From the NCBI RefSeq assembly GCF_001194135.2, contig NC_069006.1:7697708-7733942 (forward strand): a stretch of 36,235 bases of DNA. The letters run 5' to 3'. Shown here piece by piece: positions 11,023 to 22,373 of this stretch. Position 1 is the first letter of the stretch. Each line of letters opens with the position of its first letter. The position numbers and the translations under genes were made by a program. The DNA is from Octopus bimaculoides (taxonomy: Eukaryota). The notes below the pieces were generated by a model. That model was not told the DNA's origin, ran no database searches, and saw only the letters and a list, made by a program, of their open reading frames with translations.

Positions 11023-11452
11023 GTAAATTGTTTACACTTCTTAACTTTATAAAATCTTCTTTTTTTATGCAATTCATTTGGAAAAATATAATTATAGAGT
11101 TTTTTAAACATTGAATGGCCATTAGGGTCCAGAAGAGTAAAATAGGAACCAAAAGGGGTCCACAGGTAAAAATGAGTTTGTGTAACACTGCTTTAATCAG
11201 TTGGTTACTCTTTCTCCAAGACCCTACATTCACACCTGTTGTTTCATTTAGCTTCACCTGTAACCTGACCTTAAACAATCACAACACCTGTATGACTAGT
11301 TTTGAGTTGAGACACACCTGTGTTTACCTGCATTTTGTCTTGATAATCTATTTGTGATAAATTATTTGTTAATTAGTTCCAGGTTGACTTGATCACGTAG
11401 TCCAATCATGACCATCCAGTCATTATTTTTTTTTTTGCTTCAGATACAGGCA

Positions 11453-11620
11453 CAGGTGTGGCTGTGTGATTACGAAGCTTGGTTCTTAACTTTGTGGTCC
11501 TGAGTTCAGTCCCACTGTGGAGAAACTCGGACAAGTGTCTTTTACTGTAGTCCTGAGTGAAACAAAGGTCTGTAATTGGATTTGGTTGGCAGAAACTGAA
11601 GGAAGCCCATTCTGTCTATG
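11453..11620 (+). mobile_element. SINE family A, 5' head
   Basis: ggtgtggctgtgtg...gagttcagtcccactg...gaaactgaaggaagccc. Confidence 0.8.
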
Positions 11621-11657
11621 TATGTATATGCATATCTTTATATATATATATATATAT

Positions 11658-11732
<75 letters not shown>

Positions 11733-11752
11733 CACGCATGTGTGCATCTGAA

Positions 11753-12148
11753 TTCTTTTACTTATTTCAGTCATTTGACTGCGGTCATGCTGGAGCACTG
11801 CCTTTAGTCGAACAAATCAACCTCAGGACTTATTCTTTTGTAAGCCTAGTACTTATTCTATCAGTCTCTCTTGCTGAACCACTAAGTTACGAGGACTTAA
11901 ACACGCCAACATCGGTTGTCAAGCGATGGTTGAGGGACAACCACACCCAAACATATATATATAGACACACGCACACATACATATATACAACAGGCTTCTT
12001 TCAGTTTCCATCTACCAAATCCATTTACAAGGCTTTGTTCGGCCCAAGGCGATATAGTAGAAGACACACTTGCCCAAGGTACCATTCAGTGGGACTGAAC
12101 CCGGAACCATGTGGTTGGGAAGCAAGCTTCTTATCACACAGCCACGCC
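11753..12148 (-). mobile_element. SINE family A, near full length
   Basis: Reverse complement of the 25043-25413 copy. tRNA-like head, internal (TA/CA)n, tail ...gctccagcatggccgcagtcaaatgactgaaacaagtaaaaga. Confidence 0.9.
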
Positions 12149-12284
12149 TGAGGTTCTTTTTTGTGGCCCATTGCTTGATTTTTATTCAAGACAACCCTCT
12201 AAAATCTGGTCTCCTCACCCACCACACACGCTTTTGTTTTTTTTTTGTTGTTTTTTTTGCACTCTTAGCTAATATCTCCTGTTA

Positions 12285-12435
12285 GACATGAAGTCTAGTT
12301 AAGCAGTTTGCTTCCCAACCTCATGGATCCAGGTTCAATCTCACTGTATGGCACCTTGGGCAAGTGTCTTCTATTATAGCCCCAGGCTGACAAAATCCTT
12401 GTGAGTGGATTTACTAGATGGAAAGAAGCTCATCG

Positions 12436-12440
<5 letters not shown>
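12285..12440 (+). mobile_element. SINE family A, 5' head
   Basis: ...ggttcaatctcactgtatggcaccttgggcaagtgtcttctattatagcc...gtgagtggatt. Confidence 0.75.
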
Positions 12441-12469
<29 letters not shown>

Positions 12470-13776
12470 GTGTATAAATAGAGAAAGAGAGGGGATTCAA
12501 TAGAATCTAGGCACATCAACAAATAGGATGCTAGAAATGGCTAGGTACAATAAGATAGGGTTCATAGTGAAGTAAAACAACCATGAAGGTATCAAGTATT
12601 AACAGGAAACTGTAGATATGTAAGTACCAAATTCAATTTAAACTGTAACTCCAACTCAGGGCTGGTTCTGGGTGCAGCAAACCTCTATGTATATATCTGT
12701 TGCCTCCCTAACTCCTGCACCTCCTCCTCTCAATCTTCTTTTCTCCCATTCACCCTTGCAATCTGCACTCCCTATCTCCTTGGAGATATTTCTAGTTCAT
12801 TCTCTCTCTCTCTCTTTCTCCTAAATGGGAGTAGCCATGAAGTCCCATTACAACAAGAACCTGCTCCTCTCCAGTGTTTTCCTTCATGCGCTAACCCCCA
12901 TCTAGCATAGACAGGCAACATCTCCCCCCCCCCCCCGGAGACTGTTGACATGTGAGTTACTTGGTTACTTCAATAGNNNNNNNNNNCCCCCCCCGGAGAC
13001 TGTTGACATGTGAGTTACTTGGTTACTTCAATAGTGCCAGCAGCACCAAAATTGCTTACTGTGAAGTGGTTAGCATTAGGAAGAGATTCCAGCCTAGGAG
13101 TGGCTGTGTGGTAAGTAGCTTGGTTACCAACCACATGGTTCTGGGCAAGTGTTTTCTACTATAGCCTCGGGCCGACAGGGATGTAAACACATCAGACATT
13201 GTGCATTAATAATGGTACTTCATTGTGATAGCTAGCAAGAAATAGCTGACAAATCATCCTGAAATCCCACCCTGCCATCTTGAGCAAGGAATAGACACAT
13301 TGACTGTTACATAGCCCTTGATATAACCTCCTGAAATGATGAGGTGGTCACAGTTGGATTGGATGTATCAGAAGTCTGCTTGGTCAAAGTTGACCCGAGT
13401 TAACAACAACAACATCCAGAAATCTTTTCTCAGTTTCTTGTTTCTCGTTAATTGCTGTAAGTCAGTGATGGGCAGCCCATGGGCCATAGGAGCTTGTGAT
13501 TGGCATGCCTTACGAAAAATTACTAGCATTGTGGCCCACCTGATGATGATCCATATCTCATGGCTTGTTTCTTGGAAAAAAAAGATTGTCTACACTTGCT
13601 CAAAATGATCCACCAAATATCCGTCATTTGTCAAATCTTATCTTTTCTCTGGAGGGAGTCGCTTTTTACAGATTTTCTACAGAATTCTGACCCACTATTG
13701 AAAGTCACAACATTTTGTATACGAATATGCCCTGTGTAAACAATGCAATTGAAAATAGAAAACTAAGTAATAAGTG

Positions 13777-13987
13777 TACAGTAATCCCGCGTGATATCGT
13801 GGTTCACTTATCACACTCTCAGTACCTCATGGATTTTTCTGGCTAATATATCTGAATTTATATTGTGGAATCCTCAGTATATTGCAGATTTCTGCAGCCA
13901 ATAGGTATTTATATTTTTTTTAGATTTTAATTATTTCTGTGGGAAGTTTTGGAACATAACACCCACGATAGTCGAGGGATTGCTGTA
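13777..13987. mobile_element. Tc1/mariner-superfamily (pogo/Tigger-like) MITE
   Basis: TA-cagtaatccc ... gggattgctg-TA termini. Same TIR as 16768-16968. Confidence 0.75.
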
Positions 13988-14894
13988 TATGCATATTTCA
14001 AGAGTTTTTGCCCCCTCTTCAGTTCTACATCCAACCCATTAACCATCCAGAAACATAATGCTTAAATAGCCACTAAGTTTAGCAGTGTAATATAGACCAA
14101 TTTTACATAGTTCACAGATTCCTGCCAACAGGTACATACTGGTAGAGTGACCATATTTCATCATGTACCGATGATATAGTACCAAGTAAATTAAAGGCTT
14201 TATAAGTCACTACTGTGTCCTACCTGTGTTAGCAGTGCGATTCAGTCACTTTATAAAGTTTTCTCCATAGGTTTTCTATAGAAATTAAAGCCGGCACTGG
14301 AAGTTATGATGTTTTGTACTTGAATACGTCTATATAAACAATGAGATTGAAGATAGAAAAATAGGTAATGAGTACATACCAGTAATTAATCTGAAGGTAG
14401 TATACAGCCAGAAAGCACACCTTCCTCTTGTCACATACACTGTGCCATCCCTGATCATATGCTCTAGCCACAGACTACCATTACTGACCATGCCTTCCTC
14501 TAGCCACACCCTTCTCCATCATTTTCATCACTGGCCATGCCCTCCATCAATGTTGGCATTTTTTTGTTCCCATCCAAACACTGCTACCACTGGTCATGCC
14601 TTCCTCCAGCCACAGTATCACTGCTGACCACACCTTCCATTAGTGATGACACCCTCTTCTATCACTGGCCACATCCTTCTCTATCTACACCGTCATCTTT
14701 GACCATGGCCTCCAATCACACATTGCCTCAGCTATCCATCCACACACTACCACTTGTGATCACATTCTGTATCATCACTGACCACACCCTTCTCCATCCA
14801 CGTACCTCTCCATCCATGCCCTCCTCTACACTATCACTACTGACCTCATCACTCTGACTCCCTACTAAACTATCAATGATCAATTTCTTTCACG

Positions 14895-15332
14895 TTAACC
14901 CTTTCGCACTTAAACCAGTCATGTCCAGTGCAAATATTCTCCCTGTTTTATATTCAAACTGACCAGATCCAGCCCCTCACACCTACCCTACAATATCATT
15001 CTAAAAACAAACAAACACCATTGAAACCTTGAAACTCTGAGAGAATGCATGATTAATTCAAAACCATGTGGATAAGTAAGGATTACATTTGACAGAGTAA
15101 TCTCAATGCTAAAGGATTAAGCCATGTCCAGTCCAAATATTCTACCTGTACTATGTTCAAACTAACCATATCTGGCCTGTCACACCTACCCTACAATGTC
15201 ATTCTAACAGTAAACAATCACATCATTGAAATCTCAAAGCTACGTGATAATGTAGGATAATTTTTTTTTTTTTTTAATCAGAATAAATATGCATTAACGT
15301 TTGAGAGAGTAATTAGAATGCTAACAGGTTTA
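14895..15332. mobile_element. Two tandem copies of a piggyBac-like MITE
   Basis: The first copy runs TTAAcccttt...aaaggaTTAA (14895-15120). A second homologous unit follows. Further copies at ~25580-25799 and ~26200-26350 share cacacctaccctacaatgtcattcta. Confidence 0.6.
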
Positions 15333-16339
15333 AATTACTGATCTTGAGATCAAACCTTATTAAAGTCATTGAGTTATATCCTCAAACTTGCTGGTCTCAA
15401 GTAGTGTGGCTGTCAGACGGGATCCATCCTTACCAAACACTGCTTGGAGAAGAAACAAAAGAAAAATGGTGAGATGACTGACTGGAATATTCCTGATTCA
15501 AAGCCTGGAGGATTGGATTTGACCTTCTGCTGACCAATTATATGGAACCATGTCTTATAAGATCAAAGAATGAAGTCTACAGTTTTTTTGTTTTTTTTTT
15601 CTCTCTGTTTCAGTCATTAGACTGTGGCCATGCTAGGGCATCACCTTCAAGAATTCTTTTCAGTGGACCATATCAACTTCACTACTTATTTTTGCTAAGC
15701 CTGGTACTTCTTTCTTTTGCCGAACCACTAAGCAACGGGGATGTAAACACACCAACACCAGTTGTCAGGCAGTGGTAGAGAGCAAAGACACACACATTTC
15801 ATCATCATCATCATCGTTTAAGATCCGCTTTCCATGCTGGCATGGGTTAAAGGCTGCACCAGGCTCCAATCTGATCTGGCAAAGTTTCTACAGCTGGATG
15901 CCCTTCTTAATGTCAACCACTCTGAGAGTGTAGTGGGTGCTTTTTACATGCTACTGGCACGAGGGCCAGTCTGGTAGTACTGACATCGACCACGCTTGAA
16001 TGGCATGGGAGCCAATCAGCCACCACTGGCAAATATATGTATCGAAATACTGACTAGTAAAACAGCCGACAACTGATGAAGGGTCGTTCCTTGTGTTGCT
16101 TGTCTTGTTTTCCGTTTGTTTCTTTTGTTGCTTGCACAAAAAGCCCTAATTCCATGTCCTCATACTTCGTATTATTTGTTGTTTATGTTTTGTGACGTCC
16201 TGTGCCCACATATGTATATGTATATACATAAACATGTAAGTATGTACATATACGTATGTATATATGCATATATATATTTTTTATTTATATGTATATACAC
16301 GTGATAGGCTTCTCTCACAAGGCTTTCAGTAAATATATA

Positions 16340-16559
16340 AAATAGACAGAAATAATGGGTTATATACATTATTTATTACAGGCTTACAGCTGTTAGTTCT
16401 GCATTTGGGTGTGTTCATTGTTCAATTTTATTGATCATCTGAAAATATAGGGAACAAGTGATAAAACTGAAACATGAATACACCTAAATGTGTATCTGAA
16501 ACAGCTGTAAGCCTATAGTAAATAAACAAATATAAATAACCCATTATTTCTGCCTATTT
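16340..16559. mobile_element. Palindromic MITE (~220 bp)
   Basis: aaatagacagaaataatgggtta...ggcttacagctgtt...catttgggtgtgttcat pairs with atgaatacacctaaatg...aacagctgtaagcc...taacccattatttctgcctattt. Confidence 0.8.
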
Positions 16560-16767
16560 CTGTATCCCACTAAAAACCTACCATCTTAATTGGGTTCTGC
16601 AACCATGGATTTACAAGTTTGGTTTGTGATGGACATTTATTTCGGATTACCTGGGGTACAGTTCCAATCATACGACTTTTTTGTGAGCTTGGTGTATTTT
16701 TATTTGCAGAGAGCTTTGCCTGGATTAATATCCCTTATTAACTTATTAACCCCTCTTTGTTTTGATG

Positions 16768-16968
16768 TACAGTAATCCCTTAACTATCGCAGGTGTTATG
16801 TTCCACACACCATCACCATGATAGGTGAAAATCTGCAAAGTAGACACAGTACTGTACTGTATATTTTTTTATAATTTGTATATATTTTATTATAAATACA
16901 AGACAACACCACGGAGGAATCGATGTAAGCTTAAATAATAAACTGCGATATGACAAGGGATTACTGTA
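16768..16968. mobile_element. pogo/Tigger-like MITE
   Basis: Perfect TA-cagtaatccct ... agggattactg-TA termini. Confidence 0.8.
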
Positions 16969-17959
16969 TGTGTGTGTGTATATATATATATATAAAGACA
17001 CTTAGTAGCACTGAAGTGATTCAAATTTAGATCCCAATGTCTTCACAGGAGATCAATTCCATGGGGTAAAGAATGGCTGTAAAAGGGATCAGGTTGAGCG
17101 CTACTACTGAGACTTGATCTCATCTGTTGACTATATATGTGTGTGTATATGTACATGTTTGTGTATATATATTGTGAATGTTATAAAAATTTATAAACTT
17201 TTGAGAGAATGTGAAATGATTCCTTTTTGGAATAGTGGATCTCGAAGCGCAGATGATAAAGCTATAAATCATATGTAAATATTGGATTGAGAAACCCTTT
17301 TGGATAGGAGATTTGGGTTTGTATCCCATGGCCAGCCTTCAACTTTTTCTATGCAAAGGGGGTCTTTCAACCCAATATATTTATATGCTGTAATTTCTAG
17401 TTTTATGTGCTTCAAGATGCACTGTTCCAGAAAAGAATGATATATATTGTTGAAAAGATTGGTCCAAACTTTTTTTCAGAAATCTAAGAATTAATGACTA
17501 GTTACTAATTGAATTCTTTAAACGAGTCAAATATTTGATCGAACCTGTTTTGATGCTTTCAGAATTTTGCTGGGTTTTACCTGTATTTTTCTGTGTTTGT
17601 ATGGTTGGGGTGTAGGAGCAGTTGTATTTTGTCTTTTCCTTTCAGCTCAAAGACCCTTGCGATTAACTAACCACTTTGCTGTGAAACGGAAAAAAAAATG
17701 GAGCTTGTTTCATGTAAGTCAAGGGGGAAAACTGGAGCAAACAGCATCGAGTCTTGGCAAGACAGACATGACAGTGCAGTTCTATATTTAAGAGATGAAG
17801 AATTATTTACATTCATGACAGTGGTTCTTGGGGTTTTTTTGTGCTTCCCTGGAGATTGAATTAAAGATTAATGGTGCTCTTTACATGGAATGTTAAACAA
17901 AAAAAAGTTTCAACTCTTTTGGCACCAACCAACTTGAAACTACTACGCCTATGATATAA

Positions 17960-18375
17960 ATTATTGGTTTTAAAATGATCTCAATCTAAAACCTTCCATC
18001 AAAATTTCTTGTTAATTTGTTCCAAACACCAGCTTCATAATGACAGTTATTTGACTAAAATCTTTATTTTCTACATTAATTGAAAAAAAAAGTCAATGTA
18101 TTTTAAACAGAAATACAATAACAAAAGAGTTAATGTGGTCTAAACTAAAATCTTCCCAAATTTCACGGTAACTTATATTCCAAATAGCTTAATGACAAAG
18201 TTATTTAACTAAAGTCTTCGTTAATTTTCTAAATTAATTGAGACAAAGTCAGAGTATTTCAACAGAAATATGGTAACAAAAGGTTTAAAAGGATCTAAAT
18301 TAAACCCTTCCATCAAAATTCCATGTTAATTTGTTTCAACCACCAGCATCATAATGATAAAAGTTATTTGAAACT
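17960..18375. repeat. Degenerate ~157-bp tandem repeat (~2.5 units)
   Basis: aaaaccttccatcaaaa-like motif recurs at ~17987, ~18145 and ~18301, each followed by ...taatgacaaagttattt.... Confidence 0.7.
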
Positions 18376-18926
18376 GGTTTTGTATTTCAGTAGAAATATG
18401 TTTCCTTCCTCCTGGTTGTATCACAGGTATGTCTTTGAGGTTAAGACGTTCTCTTGCAGCCCTGAAAGTTTGGTTTGGTTCCGCTGTACAATAAACTTGG
18501 CTAAGTGTCTTCATCCATAGCCTCAAGTTGACCAGTGGCTTCAAAGTGAAATTTGCTACACAGAAACTTGTAATCTTGCATGTGTTTGTTTACGTATGTA
18601 TGCATATTCAGACACACACACACACACATACATATATTTGAAAGAAAAGGCATAAATAATGGGCTCTACATATTTCTTCATTTACGCATTGTAGACTTGC
18701 AGCTGTTTCTGATATGCTGTTTAGGTGCATTCATAGTTCCATTCACCCAGTCGATTGACTGATTGAAAAAATTGGATGACCTTAAATTACTATCATCTTC
18801 AAAACCTTTTTGTTAGCCTGGTGTATGTGTAATTAACAGACAGCTTAGAATTGATAATCCCTCATTTACACAAACACACACATGAAGGCTTGTGATAAAA
18901 ACAAGTTTATATCATTAGTTTCTATG

Positions 18927-19936
18927 CATCAAGTCATCCCTTAGGTTCTGTCCGATTTTCTAAAATGGAATGAAAATTAAAAGTACTTTAGAATGTCTAA
19001 TGGAATTAAAAATTATTTTTATGCATTTGTGTACAGTTAAACTAATTAAATATTATTTTACAGAATAATGGAATTAAAATTTCTTTGATTAAAACCCTTT
19101 CTAATGGCAATAAAGCTTAGTTCAAACCATACAACTGTTCATCGTCATCTTCAACAACTTGGAAATGTTCCTAAACTTGGAAAATGGTGCCTCATGAATT
19201 GGCCAAAAGCAACTGCAAATCCCGAGTTGACATCTCTTCTCTCCATTCTCACGAAATCATTTCACCCTTTTTGGATAGACTTGTGACTGGTGATGAAAAA
19301 TGGATCTTCTATCGAAATGTTAAATGTTGTAAACAGTGGCTTGGTAAAAGGGAAAAAGCTCAACCACAACCAAGAAGGGAACTTCATGGTAAGAAGGTTC
19401 TTCTCTCTATCGGGTGGAATTGAAAAGGAGTAATTCACTTTGAATTGTTATCACCTAATGCAACAATCCATGCTCAAGTCTACTGTCAGCAATTAGAGCG
19501 TTTAAACCAAGCTTTGAAGACAAAAAGGCCCACTTTAGTGAATCAAAAAGGAGTAATATTTCATCAGGACTATGCGCAACCCCACACTGCAAAGATCACA
19601 TCACAGAAGATCGTAGAGATTGGTTGGGAAAAAATTCCTCATCCACCTTATTCTCCCGACCTTGCTCCTTCAGACTACCATTTGTTTCATACAGAATTAT
19701 TTGGGGGACATAACTTTTGCAAGCCAGGAGGAGGTCGAAACTGACATTTCAGAGGTCTTCGTTTTGAAGCCAAAAGAGTTTTACATTGATGGGATTAAAA
19801 AGCTTGTAAATAGATGGAAGGAAATCATAGATAATCGGGGAAAGTACATTGATGATTAAATTTCAATTAAATATAACATTTGATCACTTGTTTTCTTTAT
19901 TCAAAATTCAGACAGAACTTATGGGATGCCCTGATA
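18927..19936 (+). mobile_element. Non-autonomous, internally deleted mariner transposon
   Basis: TIRs catcaagtcatcccttaggttctgtc (left) and tatcagggcatcccataagttctgtc (right, reverse complement) match at 21/26. The element encloses transposase remnants. Confidence 0.85.
19104..19859 (+). pseudogene. Mariner DD34D transposase pseudogene
   Basis: Motifs GKW-VPHEL (1-bp frameshift), LVTGDEKW, IFHQDYAQPH and HPPYSPDLAPSDYHLF, with 34 residues between the second and third Asp. In-frame TGA at 19421-19423, further frameshifts, N-terminal region missing. Confidence 0.92.
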
Positions 19937-19951
19937 CATTTCACCATTGCA

Positions 19952-20064
19952 GTTTGGGACTCTGCGCCGGATGCTCAACCAGCTCGGAGCATTAAGGAAC
20001 TCTATTGCATTAAGTTACAGATATTGATCCACTGTAGTTAAGAATCCAGTGCAGAGTCCCAAGC
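19952..20064. repeat. Small inverted repeat / mini-MITE next to the mariner end
   Basis: gtttgggactctgcgccggat pairs with atccagtgcagagtcccaagc. Confidence 0.55.
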
Positions 20065-20345
20065 AACCATAAGGGCGAAACATATGTAGGGAACAAATGA
20101 TTGCGAACTTGTGCTTATCATAATTTCTTCTACAATTGCTCTGTATATGATAACAATACTACCACCAGGTGCAGTAGTTAACCATTCTACAGCAAGCAAA
20201 CTAGATTAGGGTAATCTATGTGAAGATCTAAACTTAACAATGGCAATCATACATCCATCTGTACACACCGCTGTTCTGGAACCTACTTTACTGGATGGTT
20301 CTGTTTCCCTGCCCACTGCACAAGATTTGTATCGTTATATTAATG

Positions 20346-20697
20346 TACTCTTTTACTTGTTTCAGTCATTTGACTGCAGCCATGCTGGAGCACCGCCTTT
20401 AGTTGAGAAAATCGACCCCAGGACTTATTCTTTGAATGCCTAGTACTTATTCTATCGGTCTCTTTTGCCGAACCGCTAAGTTACGGGGACGTAAACGAAC
20501 CAGCATCAGTTGTCAAGCGATGTTGGGGGGACAAACACAGACACACAAACACATACATATATATATATATACATATATACGACAGGCTTGTTTCAGTTTC
20601 CATCTACCAAATCCACTCATGCCCAAGATGCCATGCAGTGGGAATGAACCTGGAACCATGTGGTTGGTAAGCAAGCTGCTTACCACACAGCCACTCC
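20346..20697 (-). mobile_element. SINE family A
   Basis: Homologous to 11753-12148 and 35215-35592. Confidence 0.9.
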
Positions 20698-20711
20698 TGC
20701 ACCTATACTGG

Positions 20712-20747
<36 letters not shown>

Positions 20748-21484
20748 TATTTGTGAAGGTGCGTGGCCTGGTAGTTAGGCTGATGTACTCATGATCGCTA
20801 GATCTTGGGTTCAATTCCCAGAACAGGTGGCACATTGTGTTCTTGGGCAAAGCACTTCATTTCACCTCGCTCCCGTCCCCTTTCGATCAGGGGGGAATGT
20901 TGCCCTGCTCGCCTAGCCAGCCAGGTGACGTCATTCGAAGGCTAAAACGATGCAAAGCACATTGTGTAACAGCTTCTGATAGTTTGGTCAGTTACGGGAT
21001 GACATGACCAGAATTTTATGTCTAATATTGTAGTATTTAAAACTCAAGTGATTGTCAGTCTGAGTATAGCATTACAATTTAACGAAACCGTCGTTAATTA
21101 ATTAATTATGAAAGATTGAGGAAGGTCATTAGTTGTATTAATGTCATGTAGGCTCCTGTGGGGGTGAATTCAGTTGGTAATATTTAAAGATCTATTAGAC
21201 ATAAGATATTTTTTTACTTCCCTCACAAGTTTCAGGCACTGGCCTGTGGCCATACTGGGGCACAACCTTTGATTTTTTAAAATTTATTTTATTTTTTACT
21301 ATCAACAGTTTTAAGAACGTTAGCCAGTTAAGGGAATAAGTTTACAGGAGTTACGTCCCTTTAGAATTACTCTAGTGTAACGCAAACACACACAGTCTCT
21401 CTCATACACACACATTTAGGGACATGAAAGACAAATTTATCATTAAAGAATTCAATTTTTTTTTTTTTTTTTTTNNNNNNNNNN

Positions 21485-21935
21485 ACTTTCAAACTTCGTA
21501 TACTTATCTATTTTGTGTTATAGAACAGAAAAATATTTTTGTATTCGAATTTATTTCATGTAAAAAATTGTCTTATTTCGATAATTTCAACCAATCACTG
21601 ACGTCCATTCAGCCGATATACATTAAGTGCCGACTACATAAACAAACGATTCTTCGTTTTATTTGCTTTTTTCATTTTAAATTTGCTTTAACCCTAACCC
21701 TAAGCCTAACTCTAACCCTAGGTTAGGGTTAGGGTTAATTGTTTCAGAATCGTTTGTTTATGTAGTCGGCACATAATGTATATCGGCTGAATGGACGTCA
21801 GTGATTGGTTGAAATTACAGAAATACGACAACTTTAACATGGAATAATTTATGGATTTCTTTTTTTTTAAGAAGACTAAGAGAAAAAGATGTTTTATATG
21901 ACACATTCTACCAGTGATCCAAGTTTCAAAGTGTT
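21485..21935. mobile_element. Palindromic MITE with a telomeric (TAACCC)n/(TTAGGG)n core
   Basis: Arms 21583-21652 and 21747-21816 are 69/70 complementary. Core taaccctaaccctaagcctaactctaaccctaggttagggttagggtta at 21689-21737. Outer similarity extends to ~21935. The left end is lost in an N gap. Confidence 0.85.
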
Positions 21936-22373
21936 TCGTTAATGAAAAATGTGGCCCCTGTTTTAAAAAAGATCCCTGTGCTCTATATATTCAGCATTGA
22001 ATTCATTTAAAGTATCCAATGATACAAGACAAACCCATAGCCCTTTTTTATAGTCTATACATTGTTTTAACAGCATTACACTTATTTTTAGATGACCAAA
22101 ATGTGACAAAATTTTTTTTTAAATAATTTAAAAATAATTAAGTATGTTTCCTGTCTGACAGTATAGGATATTAAATAAAAGCATTAATCATTTATAATAT
22201 GCAAATTAGTAGCTCTAATTATAACTCTCTGGAGCTGATGAATTTGGTGTGTTTATAAATAGATTGCTTGTTTTCCTGAGAGTGGTCGGGTGATTTAGAC
22301 ACCATTAATTAGACCTACACCTCCCAATACAATATATAATATTGCATAACAAGTATTAAATATATATAGACAC

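Noticed and set aside
12935-13030. Exact ~50-bp direct repeat on both sides of a 10-N gap
   Set aside because: Typical unmerged contig overlap, so an assembly artefact rather than a tandem duplication.
13620-14370. Two strong minus-strand acceptors (~13722, ~14330) followed by short frames
   Set aside because: The two segments resemble each other at DNA level and have stops in all frames, so they are copies of a repeat, not exons.
14420-14880. C/A-rich segment with ORFs of 61 and 106 aa
   Set aside because: Degenerate low-complexity repeat (catcactgaccacaccctt-like units) with no coding signature.
16582-16719. 138-nt minus-strand open segment ending at a GTAGGT donor (…RNKCPSQTKLVNPWLQNPIKM)
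   Set aside because: It is phase-compatible with the 6493 exon, but the acceptor lacks a polypyrimidine tract. Unsupported without RNA data.
18326-18555. Protein-like minus frame NFTLKPLVNLRLWMKTLSQVYCTAEPNQTFRAARERL after an acceptor
   Set aside because: No usable donor, it runs into the 157-bp repeat and it overlaps the better-bounded + strand microexon candidate.
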